A DNA stretch of 45,400 nucleotides. Origin: Burkholderiales bacterium. GTDB lineage: Bacteria; Pseudomonadota; Gammaproteobacteria; Burkholderiales; SG8-39. The position numbers and the translations under genes were made by a program. The notes beneath the pieces were generated by a model. The model was not told where the DNA came from. It did not search any database and was given only the letters and a program-made list of their open reading frames with translations. Positions 30,524 to 39,449 of this stretch are shown one piece after another (the first letter of the stretch is position 1; each line of letters starts with the position of its first letter). The stretch lies in NCBI GenBank assembly GCA_050741515.1, contig JBOIFD010000225.1, positions 1 through 45,400 on the forward strand, written 5' to 3'.

Positions 30524-32145
30524 ACAAGCCCGCGGCGCGAGAGCTGGTCCTCCCCCGCGCCCCGGATTCGGCGGCGCGGGCGGAAGCGCCGGGCGTCCCG
30601 GAGTCGTTCTGGGTCTCGCTCCGCTACTTCAACGCCTACCGGATCGCGATCGCCGGGCTGTTCTTCGTCTCCGCGCTCGCCTATGGCGACCTGCTGAACC
30701 TGGGCAGCCAGAACGTGCGACTGTTCACCGCGACCAGCGCCGTCTATCTGCTCGCCGCGATCGCGTACCAGGTCTTTTTGGCCCGGGTCCCGCGGAACTT
30801 CGACACCCAGCTCACCGTGCACGTCTGCACCGACGTCATGATGACCGGGCTTCTCATGTTCGCGAGCGGCGGCTTCCGCAGCGGGCTGGCGGTGATGCTG
30901 CTGATCTCGATCGCCGCCGCGTCGCTCGTGAGCCGCGGCCGGCTCCTGCTGTTCTACGCCGCGCTCGCCACCGTCGTGGTGCTCCTCGAGCAGGCGGTCG
31001 AGGTCTTCGTTCACGGCGACCCGATCGGCGGGTTCGTGCCCCCGGCGCTGATCTCGGTCGGCTACTTCGCGACCGCATTCATCACCAATCAGCTCGCGCA
31101 GCGGGTGATCACGAACGAGCGCGTCGCGCGCCAGCGCGGGATCGATCTCGCCAACCAGCTGCGGATCAACCAGCTGGTGATCCAGGACGTCCAGGACGGC
31201 GTGTTGGTCGTCGATTCGAACGGCCTGGTGCGAAGCCACAACCGGCGCATCGACCAGCTTCTCGGCCGGGCGGCGCCGGAGCTCGATCAGATCGACACCT
31301 ACTCGCCGGAGCTCGCGCAGGCGCTCGCCGGGTGGCGCCGGGGCGCTGGCCGGACCAGCGCGAGCTTCATGCTCGGCGACTCCGGAACGCTGGTGCGCGC
31401 GCGCTTCGTCGAGGCGGGCGTGGCGGGCGACAGCTTCACGGTGATCTACCTTGAGGACATCTCGAAGCTCGAGCACCAGGCGCGACAGCTGAAGCTGGCG
31501 GCGCTCGGGCGCCTGACCGCGAACATCGCGCACGAGATCCGCAACCCGCTGGCGGCGATCACGCACGCCGCCGAGCTGATGCAGGAGGAGAACCGCCAGC
31601 CGGCGCGCGAGCGGCTGACCCGCATCATCCGCGACAACTCCGCCCGGCTCGATCGCATGGTGAAGGACGTCCTCGAGCTCAACCGTCGCGACCGGGTCCA
31701 GGCGGAGCCGCTCCCGGTCGGCCCGTTCCTCGCCGCGTTTCTCGAGGAGTTCGTGCAGAACGAGCAGCTCGACCGGAGCGCATTCGCGCTCGAGCGCCAC
31801 GGCGACGAAGTCGTCGAGTTCGACCGCGTGCACCTGCACCAGGTGCTCTGGAACCTGGCGCGCAACGCGTGGCGCCACTCGCGCAAGCGCTCCGGCAGCG
31901 TCCGTCTGCGGCTGCAGCGGCAGGGCAATCGGCTAGAATTGCACGTCGTCGACGACGGCCCGGGCGTGGCGAAAGACCTGCAGAGTCAGCTCTTCGAGCC
32001 GTTTTTCACGACCTACAGCGCGGGTACGGGGCTCGGGCTCTACATCGCCCGCGAGCTGTGCGCGGCGAACGGCGCGGCGCTCGACTACGTCGACCGCGGC
32101 TCCGGGGCCGACTTTCGCATCACCTGGCTGGGAGTACGGGGATGA
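30520..32145 (+). CDS. PilS-like membrane sensor histidine kinase
   Basis: A multi-TM N-terminus is followed by the H-box LTANIAHEIRNPLAAI and the HATPase N/G boxes (VLWNLARNA; DDGPGV; GTGLGLYIAREL). Confidence 0.85.
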   Translation: MNKPAARELVLPRAPDSAARAEAPGVPESFWVSLRYFNAYRIAIAGLFFVSALAYGDLLNLGSQNVRLFTATSAVYLLAAIAYQVFLARVPRNFDTQLTVHVCTDVMMTGLLMFASGGFRSGLAVMLLISIAAASLVSRGRLLLFYAALATVVVLLEQAVEVFVHGDPIGGFVPPALISVGYFATAFITNQLAQRVITNERVARQRGIDLANQLRINQLVIQDVQDGVLVVDSNGLVRSHNRRIDQLLGRAAPELDQIDTYSPELAQALAGWRRGAGRTSASFMLGDSGTLVRARFVEAGVAGDSFTVIYLEDISKLEHQARQLKLAALGRLTANIAHEIRNPLAAITHAAELMQEENRQPARERLTRIIRDNSARLDRMVKDVLELNRRDRVQAEPLPVGPFLAAFLEEFVQNEQLDRSAFALERHGDEVVEFDRVHLHQVLWNLARNAWRHSRKRSGSVRLRLQRQGNRLELHVVDDGPGVAKDLQSQLFEPFFTTYSAGTGLGLYIARELCAANGAALDYVDRGSGADFRITWLGVRG

Positions 32146-33503
32146 ATCGACCCGAGCGCCGGACCGCCGCCAAGGCCACGGTCCTGGTGGTCGACGACGA
32201 GGCCGACATTCGCGAGCTGCTCGAGCTCACGCTGCTGCGCATGGGGCTCGGGGTCGAGTGCGCCGGCTCGGTCGCGCAGGCGACCGAGCACCTCAAGGCG
32301 CACAGCTTCGACCTCTGCCTGACCGACATGCGCCTGCCCGACGGCGACGGGCTCGAGCTGGTTCGGTACATCGGCGCCAATTGCACCGACCTGCCGGTCG
32401 CCGTGATCACCGCCCACGGCAGCACCGAGAACGCGGTCGCCGCGCTCAAGGCCGGGGCCTTCGACTACGTCTCGAAGCCGCTGTCGCTGGAGCAGCTCCG
32501 GACGCTCGTCAAGTCGGCCCTCAACCTGCCGCAGAAGCCGGCGGCGAAGCCCGCGCCTGACGGGGGCTACGGGCTGCTCGGCGACAGCCCGCCGATGCAG
32601 CAGGTGCGGGCCATGATCGACAAGCTCGCCCGCAGCCAGGCGCCGATCTATATCACCGGCGAATCCGGGAGCGGCAAGGAGCTCGCTGCCCGGCTGATCC
32701 GCGCCGGAGGCGCGCGGCGCGACCGGCCGTTCGTGCCGGTCAACTGCGGGGCGATTCCCGAGAACCTGATGGAGAGCGAGTTCTTCGGCTACCGGAAGGG
32801 GGCGTTCACCGGGGCCGAGGCCGATCGGGAGGGGTTCTTCCACGCGGCGAACGGCGGGACGCTGTTCCTGGACGAGGTCGCCGACCTGCCGCTGGCGATG
32901 CAGGTCAAGCTGTTGCGCGCCATCCAGGAGAAGCGGGTGCGCAAGATCGGCGCGACGGCCGAGGACCCGGTCGACGTCCGGATCATTTGCGCTACGCACC
33001 AGAACCTCGCGGCGCTCGTGGAGGCGGGCAAGTTCCGCCAGGACCTCTACTATCGCCTGGCGGTCATCGAGCTGCGGATGCCACCCCTGAGGGAATGCCG
33101 GGAGGACATCCCGCTGCTCGCCGATGCGATCCTCGCGCGCCTGGGCGAGGAGGGGGGAGCGGCGGGACCCCGGCTCGCCAAGCCCGCGCTCGAGGCATTG
33201 CTGGCGTACGACTTCCCCGGAAACGCGCGCGAACTGGAGAACGTCCTCGAGCGCGCGATCGCGCTGTCGGGGTCGGCCGAGATCCAGCCGGACGACCTGC
33301 AGCTCGCGCCACCCGCGGCGGTCGAGGAGCCGCGCGTCCCCAACGCGAAGTGGCCGCTTCAGGAGTACCTGGATCGTCTGGAGCGCGAGGCGATCCTCGA
33401 AGCGCTCGACAAGACCCGGTTCAACCGCACCGCCGCAGCCAAGCTGCTCGGGATCACGTTCCGCGCCCTCCGCTACCGGATGGAGCGGCTCGGGATCCAA
33501 TAG
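32142..33503 (+). CDS. PilR-like sigma54-dependent response regulator (bEBP)
   Basis: The receiver domain is [14 protein letters not shown]...[14 protein letters not shown]. The AAA+ domain has [14 protein letters not shown] and GAFTGA. A C-terminal Fis-type HTH is present ([20 protein letters not shown]). The ATGA overlaps the kinase stop. Confidence 0.9.
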   Translation: MNRPERRTAAKATVLVVDDEADIRELLELTLLRMGLGVECAGSVAQATEHLKAHSFDLCLTDMRLPDGDGLELVRYIGANCTDLPVAVITAHGSTENAVAALKAGAFDYVSKPLSLEQLRTLVKSALNLPQKPAAKPAPDGGYGLLGDSPPMQQVRAMIDKLARSQAPIYITGESGSGKELAARLIRAGGARRDRPFVPVNCGAIPENLMESEFFGYRKGAFTGAEADREGFFHAANGGTLFLDEVADLPLAMQVKLLRAIQEKRVRKIGATAEDPVDVRIICATHQNLAALVEAGKFRQDLYYRLAVIELRMPPLRECREDIPLLADAILARLGEEGGAAGPRLAKPALEALLAYDFPGNARELENVLERAIALSGSAEIQPDDLQLAPPAAVEEPRVPNAKWPLQEYLDRLEREAILEALDKTRFNRTAAAKLLGITFRALRYRMERLGIQ

Positions 33504-33579
33504 GGCCGTGGCGCGGCGTCCCGGCTCGGGAGCGCGCCGCCCGACCCCGGGCGCCACGCGCGGCCGCGGTCCCGGGCCG

Positions 33580-34134
33580 ATGGTCATCGACCAGGCGGGG
33601 CTGCTGCCCGGCGCCCGGTACGTCGAGTCGCCCAACTGCGATGACCGTCCGCCCGCAGCCGAGATCTCGCTGCTCGTGATCCACGGGATCAGCCTTCCAC
33701 CGGGCGAGTTCGGAGGTGACGGCGTCCTGCGCCTTTTCACCAACACCCTCGACTGGGCCAAGCATCCGTTCTACGAGACCCTCGAGGGGCTGCGGGTATC
33801 CGCGCACTTCTTCCTCCGGCGCACCGGCGAGATCATCCAGTTCGTGCCCTGCGGGCGGCGCGCCTGGCATGCCGGCCGGTCGAGCTGGCGCGGACGCGGG
33901 CAGTGCAACGACTTCTCGATCGGAGTGGAGCTCGAAGGCGTCGATACCCGGCCCTATACCCAGCGCCAGTACGCGCGGCTCGTCCGGCTCGCCGCCGCGC
34001 TTCGACGCCGCTATCCCATCGCCGAGATCGTCGGCCACAGCGACATCGCGCCCGGACGCAAGACCGACCCCGGCCCGGCGTTCGACTGGCGACGGCTTCG
34101 TACCGTCGCCGGCCGCGCCCCGCGGTCGAGGTGA
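33580..34134 (+). CDS. ampD: 1,6-anhydro-N-acetylmuramyl-L-alanine amidase
   Basis: ...YVESPNCDDRP....LLVIHGISLPPGEFGG...VSAHFFLRRTGEIIQFV...RAWHAG.S.W.G...CNDFSIGVELEG...GHSDIAPGRKTDPGP.FDW. Confidence 0.88.
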   Translation: MVIDQAGLLPGARYVESPNCDDRPPAAEISLLVIHGISLPPGEFGGDGVLRLFTNTLDWAKHPFYETLEGLRVSAHFFLRRTGEIIQFVPCGRRAWHAGRSSWRGRGQCNDFSIGVELEGVDTRPYTQRQYARLVRLAAALRRRYPIAEIVGHSDIAPGRKTDPGPAFDWRRLRTVAGRAPRSR

Positions 34135-34241
34135 CCGGCAGTCCCGGCGGGGGAGCGCCCGCCGCCATGACGATTCCGTGACGAACTTCACGCGCCGCGC
34201 GCACAACGCGCGCGGGAGCCGTGAATGGCTTGAGAAAAATC

Positions 34242-34270
34242 TTGCTTAATCAGGCTGGTCGCACTAGACT
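34242..34270 (+). promoter_or_regulatory. Sigma70 promoter candidate for nrdAB (TTGCTT-17 nt-TAGACT)
   Basis: The hexamers were read at 34242-34247 and 34265-34270. The -10 is overlapped by the degenerate NrdR box. Confidence 0.45.
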
Positions 34271-34277
34271 TCGTAGC
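34262..34277. promoter_or_regulatory. Degenerate NrdR box (promoter-proximal)
   Basis: CACTAGACTTCGTAGC keeps the CACTA...TAG core. Its centre is about 30 bp from the strong box, which fits the usual tandem NrdR-box arrangement. Confidence 0.35.
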
Positions 34278-34291
34278 GGAATTCGTAGGAC

Positions 34292-34307
34292 ACACTATAT
34301 GTAGTGT
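34292..34307. promoter_or_regulatory. NrdR box (near-consensus)
   Basis: ACACTATATGTAGTGT matches the NrdR consensus acaCwAtATaTwGtgt. It lies about 90 nt upstream of the nrdA ATG. Confidence 0.8.
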
Positions 34308-34321
34308 GTCTGTAGTGTGTC
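34300..34321. repeat. 11-bp perfect tandem duplication TGTAGTGTGTC x2, overlapping the right half of the NrdR box
   Basis: Read directly at 34300-34310 and 34311-34321. The second copy completes an 8-bp outer palindrome, GGACACAC...GTGTGTCC. Confidence 0.9.
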
Positions 34322-34398
34322 CGCCCGGCCTAGGCGCCGGGCCGGCGGGCCCGAGGGGGCCCGCGCCAACCAAAAAATCGCGCGCAGAGGAGACGGAG

Positions 34399-37260
34399 AT
34401 GCAGCTTGCCGGCGAGACCGCACCCCAGCCGTTCGTGCCCGCAGGCCTGCCCACCCCGTCCGCCGTCCATCAGTCCGCGCTCCTCGCGCAGTACAAGATC
34501 CTCCGGCGCAACGGCGCCGTCGTCGGGTTCGAGCCCACCAAGATCTCGGTGGCGATGACGAAGGCGTTTCTCGCGGTGAGCGGCGGGCCGGGCGCAGGGT
34601 CGGCTCGGATCCGGGACCTGGTGGCGCACCTCACGGAGGGCGTGGTCGGGGCCCTCGTCCGGCGACAGCCGGCGGGCGGCACGTTCCACATCGAGGACGT
34701 CCAGGACCAGGTCGAGCTCGCGCTGATGCGCTCCGGCGAGCACGACGTCGCCCGAGCCTACGTGCTGTACCGGGAGAAGCGCGCCCAGGCGCGGGCGCAG
34801 GAGGCGGCGCAGCGGAAGACGGCCGCCGCGCCCCCGGTGCTGCACGTCGTCGACAGGGGCGCGCGCCGTCCCCTGGACCTGGGCGGCCTGACCGAGCTGA
34901 TCGACTCGGCCTGCGCCGACCTGGGTGACGCCGTCGCCTCGCAGCCGATCCTGCAGGACACGCTGAAAAACATCTACGACGGCGTGCCGATGGACGAGGT
35001 CCGCAAGTCGGCGATCCTGTCGGCCCGGGCGCTGATCGAGAAGGACCCCGCGTACAGCTACGTTACGGCGCGGCTGCTCCTGAACACGATCCGGCTGGAG
35101 GTCCTGGGCGAGGAGGTGTCCCAGGCCGAAATGGCGGGGCGGTACCCCGACTACTTCCCCCAGTTCGTCAAGCGCGGCATCGAGGCGGACCTGCTGGACG
35201 AGCGCCTGGCGCGCTTCGATCTGCTCAAGCTCGGCGCCGCGCTCGACGCCGGACGCGACCTGAAGTTCGGCTACCTGGGGCTGCAGACCCTGTATGACCG
35301 GTACTTCCTGCACGTCGACGGCCGCCGGATCGAGCTGCCGCAGGCGTTCTTCATGCGGGTCGCGATGGGGCTCGCACTGAACGAGATCAACAAGGAGGAG
35401 CGGGCGATCGAGTTCTACGCCGTGCTCTCGAACTTCGACTTCATGAGTTCGACGCCGACGCTCTTCAACTCCGGGACGCGGCGCGCGCAGCTGTCGAGCT
35501 GCTATCTGACGACGGTCTCCGACGATCTCGACGGCATCTACGAGGCGATCAAGGAGAACGCGTTGCTCGCCAAGTACGCCGGCGGACTCGGCAACGACTG
35601 GACGCCGGTGCGGGCGCTCGGCAGCCACATCAAGGGGACGAACGGCAAGTCCCAGGGGGTGGTGCCGTTCCTGAAGGTCGTGAACGACACCGCAGTCGCG
35701 GTCAACCAGGGCGGCAAGCGCAAGGGCGCGGTCTGCTCGTACCTGGAGACCTGGCACCTCGACATCGAAGAGTTCCTCGAGCTGCGCAAGAACACCGGTG
35801 ACGACCGCCGCCGCACTCACGACATGAACACCGCCAACTGGATCCCGGATCTGTTCATGAAGCGGGTGATGGAGAACGGGGAGTGGTGCCTGTTCTCGCC
35901 GTCCGACGTCCCCGAGCTCCACGACAAGTGCGGGCGGGCGTTCGAGAAGGCCTACCTCATGTACGAGGAGCGGGCGGGGCGCGGAGAGATCAAGCTGTTC
36001 AAGCGGATTCCGGCCCTGCAGCTGTGGCGCAAGATGCTCTCGATGCTGTTCGAAACCGGACACCCGTGGATCACCTTCAAGGACCCCTGCAACATCCGAT
36101 CGCCGCAGAGCCACGCGGGCGTGGTGCACAGCTCGAACCTTTGCACCGAGATCACGCTCAACACCAACGATCGCGAGATCGCGGTCTGCAATCTGGGGTC
36201 GGTCAACCTGGTGGCGCACATGCGCGAGGGCGGGCTCGACCATGACAAGCTGAAGCGCACCATCGCCACCGCGATGCGGATGCTCGACAACGTGATCGAC
36301 ATCAACTACTACGCGGTGGCCAAGGCGCGCAATTCCAATGCCAAGCACCGCCCGGTCGGGCTGGGCATCATGGGCTTTCAGGACTGCCTGCACCTGCTGC
36401 GCGTTTCGTACGCGTCGCCGGAGGCGGTCGAGTTCGCGGACCGGTCGATGGAGGCGGTGGCGTACTACGCCTACTGGGCGTCGACCGAGCTCGCGGACGA
36501 GCGCGGCCGGTACTCGAGCTTCAAGGGATCGCTCTGGGACCGCGGGATTCTGCCGCAGGACACGCTCAAGCTGCTGAAGGAGGAGCGGGGCGGCTACGTG
36601 GAGCTCGACGAATCGGCGACGCTCGACTGGACGGCGTTGCGCGAGCGGATCAAGCGCCACGGCATGCGGAACTCCAACTGCCTGGCGATCGCGCCCACCG
36701 CGACGATCGCCAACATCATCGGCGTGTCCCCGTCGATCGAGCCGACCTACCAGAACCTCTTCGTCAAGTCGAACCTGTCGGGCGAGTTCACCGTCGTCAA
36801 CGAGTACCTGGTGACCGACCTGAAGCGGCAGGGGCTGTGGGACGAGGTGATGATCGCCGATCTCAAGTACTTCGACGGCAGCCTGGCCAAGATCGACCGC
36901 GCGCCGAGCGATTTGCGGCGCCGCTACGCGACGGCGTTCGATATCGAACCGTCGTGGCTGGTCGAGGCGGCGGCGCGGCGTCAGAAGTGGATCGACCAGT
37001 CCCAGTCGCTCAACATCTACATCGCCAACGCGTCCGGGAAGAGGCTTGACGACACCTACAAGCTGGCGTGGGTTCGGGGACTGAAGACCACCTATTACCT
37101 GCGCTCCCTGGGTGCGACCCACGCCGAGAAGTCGACGGTGAAGTCAGGGCAGCTCAACGCCGTTCCGAGCGACAGCGCGGTCACCGGCGGGCGGGCGATC
37201 GAAGCGGTGGCGCCGGCGTTCTGCGCCGTCGACAACCCGGAATGCGAAGCATGCCAATAG
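34399..37260 (+). CDS. nrdA: Ribonucleoside-diphosphate reductase alpha subunit (class Ia)
   Basis: The ATG at 34399 follows GAGGAG with 6-nt spacing. An ATP-cone (YKILRRNGAVVGFEPTKISVAM) is followed by ...SSCYLTTVSDDLDGI...NLCTEITL...STYYLRS. The track start at 34306 lies inside the NrdR operator. Confidence 0.95.
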   Translation: MQLAGETAPQPFVPAGLPTPSAVHQSALLAQYKILRRNGAVVGFEPTKISVAMTKAFLAVSGGPGAGSARIRDLVAHLTEGVVGALVRRQPAGGTFHIEDVQDQVELALMRSGEHDVARAYVLYREKRAQARAQEAAQRKTAAAPPVLHVVDRGARRPLDLGGLTELIDSACADLGDAVASQPILQDTLKNIYDGVPMDEVRKSAILSARALIEKDPAYSYVTARLLLNTIRLEVLGEEVSQAEMAGRYPDYFPQFVKRGIEADLLDERLARFDLLKLGAALDAGRDLKFGYLGLQTLYDRYFLHVDGRRIELPQAFFMRVAMGLALNEINKEERAIEFYAVLSNFDFMSSTPTLFNSGTRRAQLSSCYLTTVSDDLDGIYEAIKENALLAKYAGGLGNDWTPVRALGSHIKGTNGKSQGVVPFLKVVNDTAVAVNQGGKRKGAVCSYLETWHLDIEEFLELRKNTGDDRRRTHDMNTANWIPDLFMKRVMENGEWCLFSPSDVPELHDKCGRAFEKAYLMYEERAGRGEIKLFKRIPALQLWRKMLSMLFETGHPWITFKDPCNIRSPQSHAGVVHSSNLCTEITLNTNDREIAVCNLGSVNLVAHMREGGLDHDKLKRTIATAMRMLDNVIDINYYAVAKARNSNAKHRPVGLGIMGFQDCLHLLRVSYASPEAVEFADRSMEAVAYYAYWASTELADERGRYSSFKGSLWDRGILPQDTLKLLKEERGGYVELDESATLDWTALRERIKRHGMRNSNCLAIAPTATIANIIGVSPSIEPTYQNLFVKSNLSGEFTVVNEYLVTDLKRQGLWDEVMIADLKYFDGSLAKIDRAPSDLRRRYATAFDIEPSWLVEAAARRQKWIDQSQSLNIYIANASGKRLDDTYKLAWVRGLKTTYYLRSLGATHAEKSTVKSGQLNAVPSDSAVTGGRAIEAVAPAFCAVDNPECEACQ

Positions 37261-37290
37261 CGCCATCGAAGCGCGCGGAGGAAAAGGGGA

Positions 37291-38454
37291 ATGCTCACGT
37301 TTGACGAAGACCCGGGGATCGCCGGAGTGATTGGGCTGCCGGCCATGTCGGGGTTCGGCCGGCAACCGCTCGTCGGCTTCGTACCGACTGCCCCGGCTGC
37401 ACCCGCGCCTTCGTCCGACGACCGCGGCGCCGACCATCGCCGGATCCGGGTCGAGGACAAGCGGATCATCAACGGCCGGACCGACGTCAACCAGCTTGTC
37501 CCGTTCAAGTACAAGTGGGCGTGGGAGAAGTACCTCGGGGCGTGCGCCAATCACTGGATGCCGCAGGAAGTCAACATGAGCCGGGACATCGCGCTCTGGA
37601 AGGATGCGAACGGCCTGACCGAGGACGAGCGACGGATCGTGAAGCGCAACCTCGGGTTCTTCGTGACCGCCGACTCGCTGGCGGCCAACAACATCGTGCT
37701 CGGCACCTACCGCCACATCAGTGCCCCCGAGTGCCGGCAATACTTGCTAAGGCAGGCTTTCGAGGAGGCGATTCACACCCACGCGTATCAGTACATCGTT
37801 GAGAGTCTCGCGCTCGACGAGGCAGAGGTGTTCAATGCCTACCACGAGATCACCTGCATCCGCGACAAGGACGAGTTTCTGATCCCGTTCATCGATACGC
37901 TGACCGACCCCTCGTTCAGGACCGGCACGCCGGAGAACGACCAGCGGCTGCTGAGAAGTCTGATCGTCTTCGCCTGCGTCATGGAGGGGCTGTTCTTCTA
38001 CGTCGGGTTCACGCAGATCCTGGCGCTCGGGCGTCAAAACAAGATGACCGGCGCCGCCGAGCAGTACCAGTACATCCTGCGCGACGAGTCGATGCACTGC
38101 AACTTCGGCATCGATCTCATCAACCAGATCAAGCTCGAGAACCCTCATCTCTGGACGCCGGAGTTCCGCGAGGAAGTGCAGGGACTGCTGCGGCAGGCGG
38201 TGGAGCTCGAATACCGTTACGCGGAGGACACCATGCCGCGCGGGGTGCTCGGTCTGAACGCGCCCATGTTCAAGGAGTACTTGCGTTTCATCGCCAATCG
38301 GCGCTGTCAGCAGATCGGCGTCGAGCTACTCTATCCCGGCGCGACCAACCCGTTCCCGTGGATGAGCGAGATGACCGATCTCAAGAAGGAGCGCAATTTC
38401 TTCGAGACCCGGGTGATCGAGTACCAGACGGGAGGCGCGCTCAGTTGGGACTAG
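37291..38454 (+). CDS. nrdB: Ribonucleoside-diphosphate reductase beta subunit (class Ia)
   Basis: ...[28 protein letters not shown]...[17 protein letters not shown]...[13 protein letters not shown]... contains the diiron and radical-site motifs. Confidence 0.93.
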   Translation: MLTFDEDPGIAGVIGLPAMSGFGRQPLVGFVPTAPAAPAPSSDDRGADHRRIRVEDKRIINGRTDVNQLVPFKYKWAWEKYLGACANHWMPQEVNMSRDIALWKDANGLTEDERRIVKRNLGFFVTADSLAANNIVLGTYRHISAPECRQYLLRQAFEEAIHTHAYQYIVESLALDEAEVFNAYHEITCIRDKDEFLIPFIDTLTDPSFRTGTPENDQRLLRSLIVFACVMEGLFFYVGFTQILALGRQNKMTGAAEQYQYILRDESMHCNFGIDLINQIKLENPHLWTPEFREEVQGLLRQAVELEYRYAEDTMPRGVLGLNAPMFKEYLRFIANRRCQQIGVELLYPGATNPFPWMSEMTDLKKERNFFETRVIEYQTGGALSWD

Positions 38455-38593
38455 AGTGTTGTCGGGGCGCCGCGTTCGAAGAGCACGGCGCGTGGATTCG
38501 GCGGCCGGGATCGCTCCGGCCGCGGGATGTCCGGTCGCGTGCGGCCGGGCGCAGTAGCGCGGTACTTTTGTCAATTAGAGAAGGAGTCTGAGC

Positions 38594-38929
38594 ATGGCAA
38601 CGAAGCGCAGGAAGGCAGCGAAGAAATCCGCGAAGAAGAAGACCGGGAAGAAGAAAAAGAAAGCTGGAAAACGCCGAGCAGTAGCGAAGAAGAAACCGGC
38701 GCGGAAGAAGAAAAAGGCGGCCCGGAAGGCCGCCAAGAAAAAAGCTGCGAAGAAGCCCGCCAAGAAGAAAGCCAAGCGACGGATGAAGGCGGCCAAGCCT
38801 GCGGCGCGACCAGCGGTGCCTGCTCCGGCGGCGGTTCCTGCTGTACCGTCGACGGCGGCGACCCCCGGGGCAAAGACTGCCCTGAATCCCGCTGCTGCTT
38901 GGCCGTTTCCGACCGGGTCTCGGCCCTAG
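38594..38929 (+). CDS. Lysine/alanine-rich histone H1-like (AlgP/BpH-type) basic protein
   Basis: MATKRRKAAKKSAKKKTGKKKKKAGKRRAVAKKKPARKKKKAARKAAKKKAAKKPAKKKAK... is followed by an uncharged Pro/Ala tail ending LNPAAAWPFPTGSRP. A strong AAGGAG SD is present. Confidence 0.7.
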   Translation: MATKRRKAAKKSAKKKTGKKKKKAGKRRAVAKKKPARKKKKAARKAAKKKAAKKPAKKKAKRRMKAAKPAARPAVPAPAAVPAVPSTAATPGAKTALNPAAAWPFPTGSRP

Positions 38930-38943
38930 GCGGTGGTCGAATC

Positions 38944-38986
38944 GTCTGCGGTCGGGCTTTGTGTATGCAAAGTCCGAGCCGCAGAC
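38944..38986 (+). terminator. Long imperfect stem-loop (~18 bp) 15 nt after the histone-like stop
   Basis: Arms are GTCTGCGGTCGGGCTTTG and CAAAGTCCGAGCCGCAGAC, with loop TGTATG. There is one G-T pair and one bulge. No clear U-tract follows. Confidence 0.4.
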
Positions 38987-39068
38987 ATTCGGCGCTTGAA
39001 GTGCCTGTCCCCCCGGTTCTCACCACGGAGGACCCGCGCATTTTATCAGTCGGGCGGTGGTGGGGCCG

Positions 39069-39094
39069 GGGCGCTCTTCGCCCAAAATTTTTTT
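39069..39094 (+). terminator. Short GC stem followed by an A4T7 tract; candidate intrinsic terminator
   Basis: Sequence is GGGCG-CTCTT-CGCCC followed by AAAATTTTTTT. This is the only long T-run in the region. Confidence 0.4.
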
Positions 39095-39155
39095 ATTGTG
39101 CATCGCAGCACCCATGGCCGCCCAAGTGTCTGATCCAGCGTCGATTTTCTGTCGC

Positions 39156-39184
39156 TTGACAGATGCTAACTCGTTCATTAGACT
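39156..39184 (+). promoter_or_regulatory. Near-consensus sigma70 promoter (TTGACA-17 nt-TAGACT), 265 nt upstream of the next ATG
   Basis: The hexamers were read at 39156-39161 and 39179-39184, in a locally AT-richer patch. Confidence 0.5.
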
Positions 39185-39449
39185 GCGGTTTCGCGCAATT
39201 CCACAACGCGCCATTCGAAACGCGACGCGCGACCAAGAGAGCGTCTCGCATCCGAGATGGGTCGGATCGGCGGGACCGGGGTCGGGCGGTTCGCCGTCGG
39301 GGGGGTCCGGAAAGCCGAGCGCGGCTTCTCACCGGACCAGAGCTCAAGCAGGGGACAACGAGGCGTCCGGGGCGCTGATGCGAGCGCACCTGGACTCAAG
39401 GCTGGCGGGCATTGCGCGCGCCGGCTGCGCGGCATGAACGGAGGTCAAC

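Noticed and set aside
34306-34398. An N-terminal extension of nrdA from the track start at 34306. Similar extended starts occur for ilvI (5359), the sigma factor (5443), pyrF (18730), rppH (21867), rubrerythrin (23181), the patatin-like gene (43793) and the 12650..14617 ORF.
   Set aside because: The extensions are Arg/Gly/Pro-rich and lack an SD. They run through promoter or operator sequences or through neighbouring genes. Internal starts with an SD, or with 4-nt stop/start overlaps, give products of canonical length.
38594-38800. A highly repetitive AAGAAG/GCGAAG tract that might look like a repeat array or CRISPR-like element.
   Set aside because: It is in frame and codes for the Lys/Ala repeats of the histone-like protein. 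There is no regular repeat-spacer periodicity and there are no cas genes.
39099-39114. A minus-strand sigma54-like motif, TGGGTGCTGCGATGCA, with correct GG-N10-GC spacing.
   Set aside because: It lacks the conserved GCAC and TTGC cores. It points antisense into the 3' region of the histone-like gene, with no ORF or obvious RNA to drive. It is probably a chance match.
39403-39416. A sigma54-like motif, TGGCGGGCATTGCG, just upstream of the second transglycosylase gene.
   Set aside because: The GG and GC dinucleotides are 10 nt apart rather than the required 12, so it does not fit a -24/-12 promoter.
39185-39449. Tried to match the long leader to known riboswitch classes (c-di-GMP-I/II, ZTP, glycine, fluoride, Mn).
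   Set aside because: Only fragmentary resemblances were found, for example AAAGCC and GGGTCG...GGCGG. The diagnostic conserved cores are absent by eye, so I claim only 'structured leader, family unknown'.
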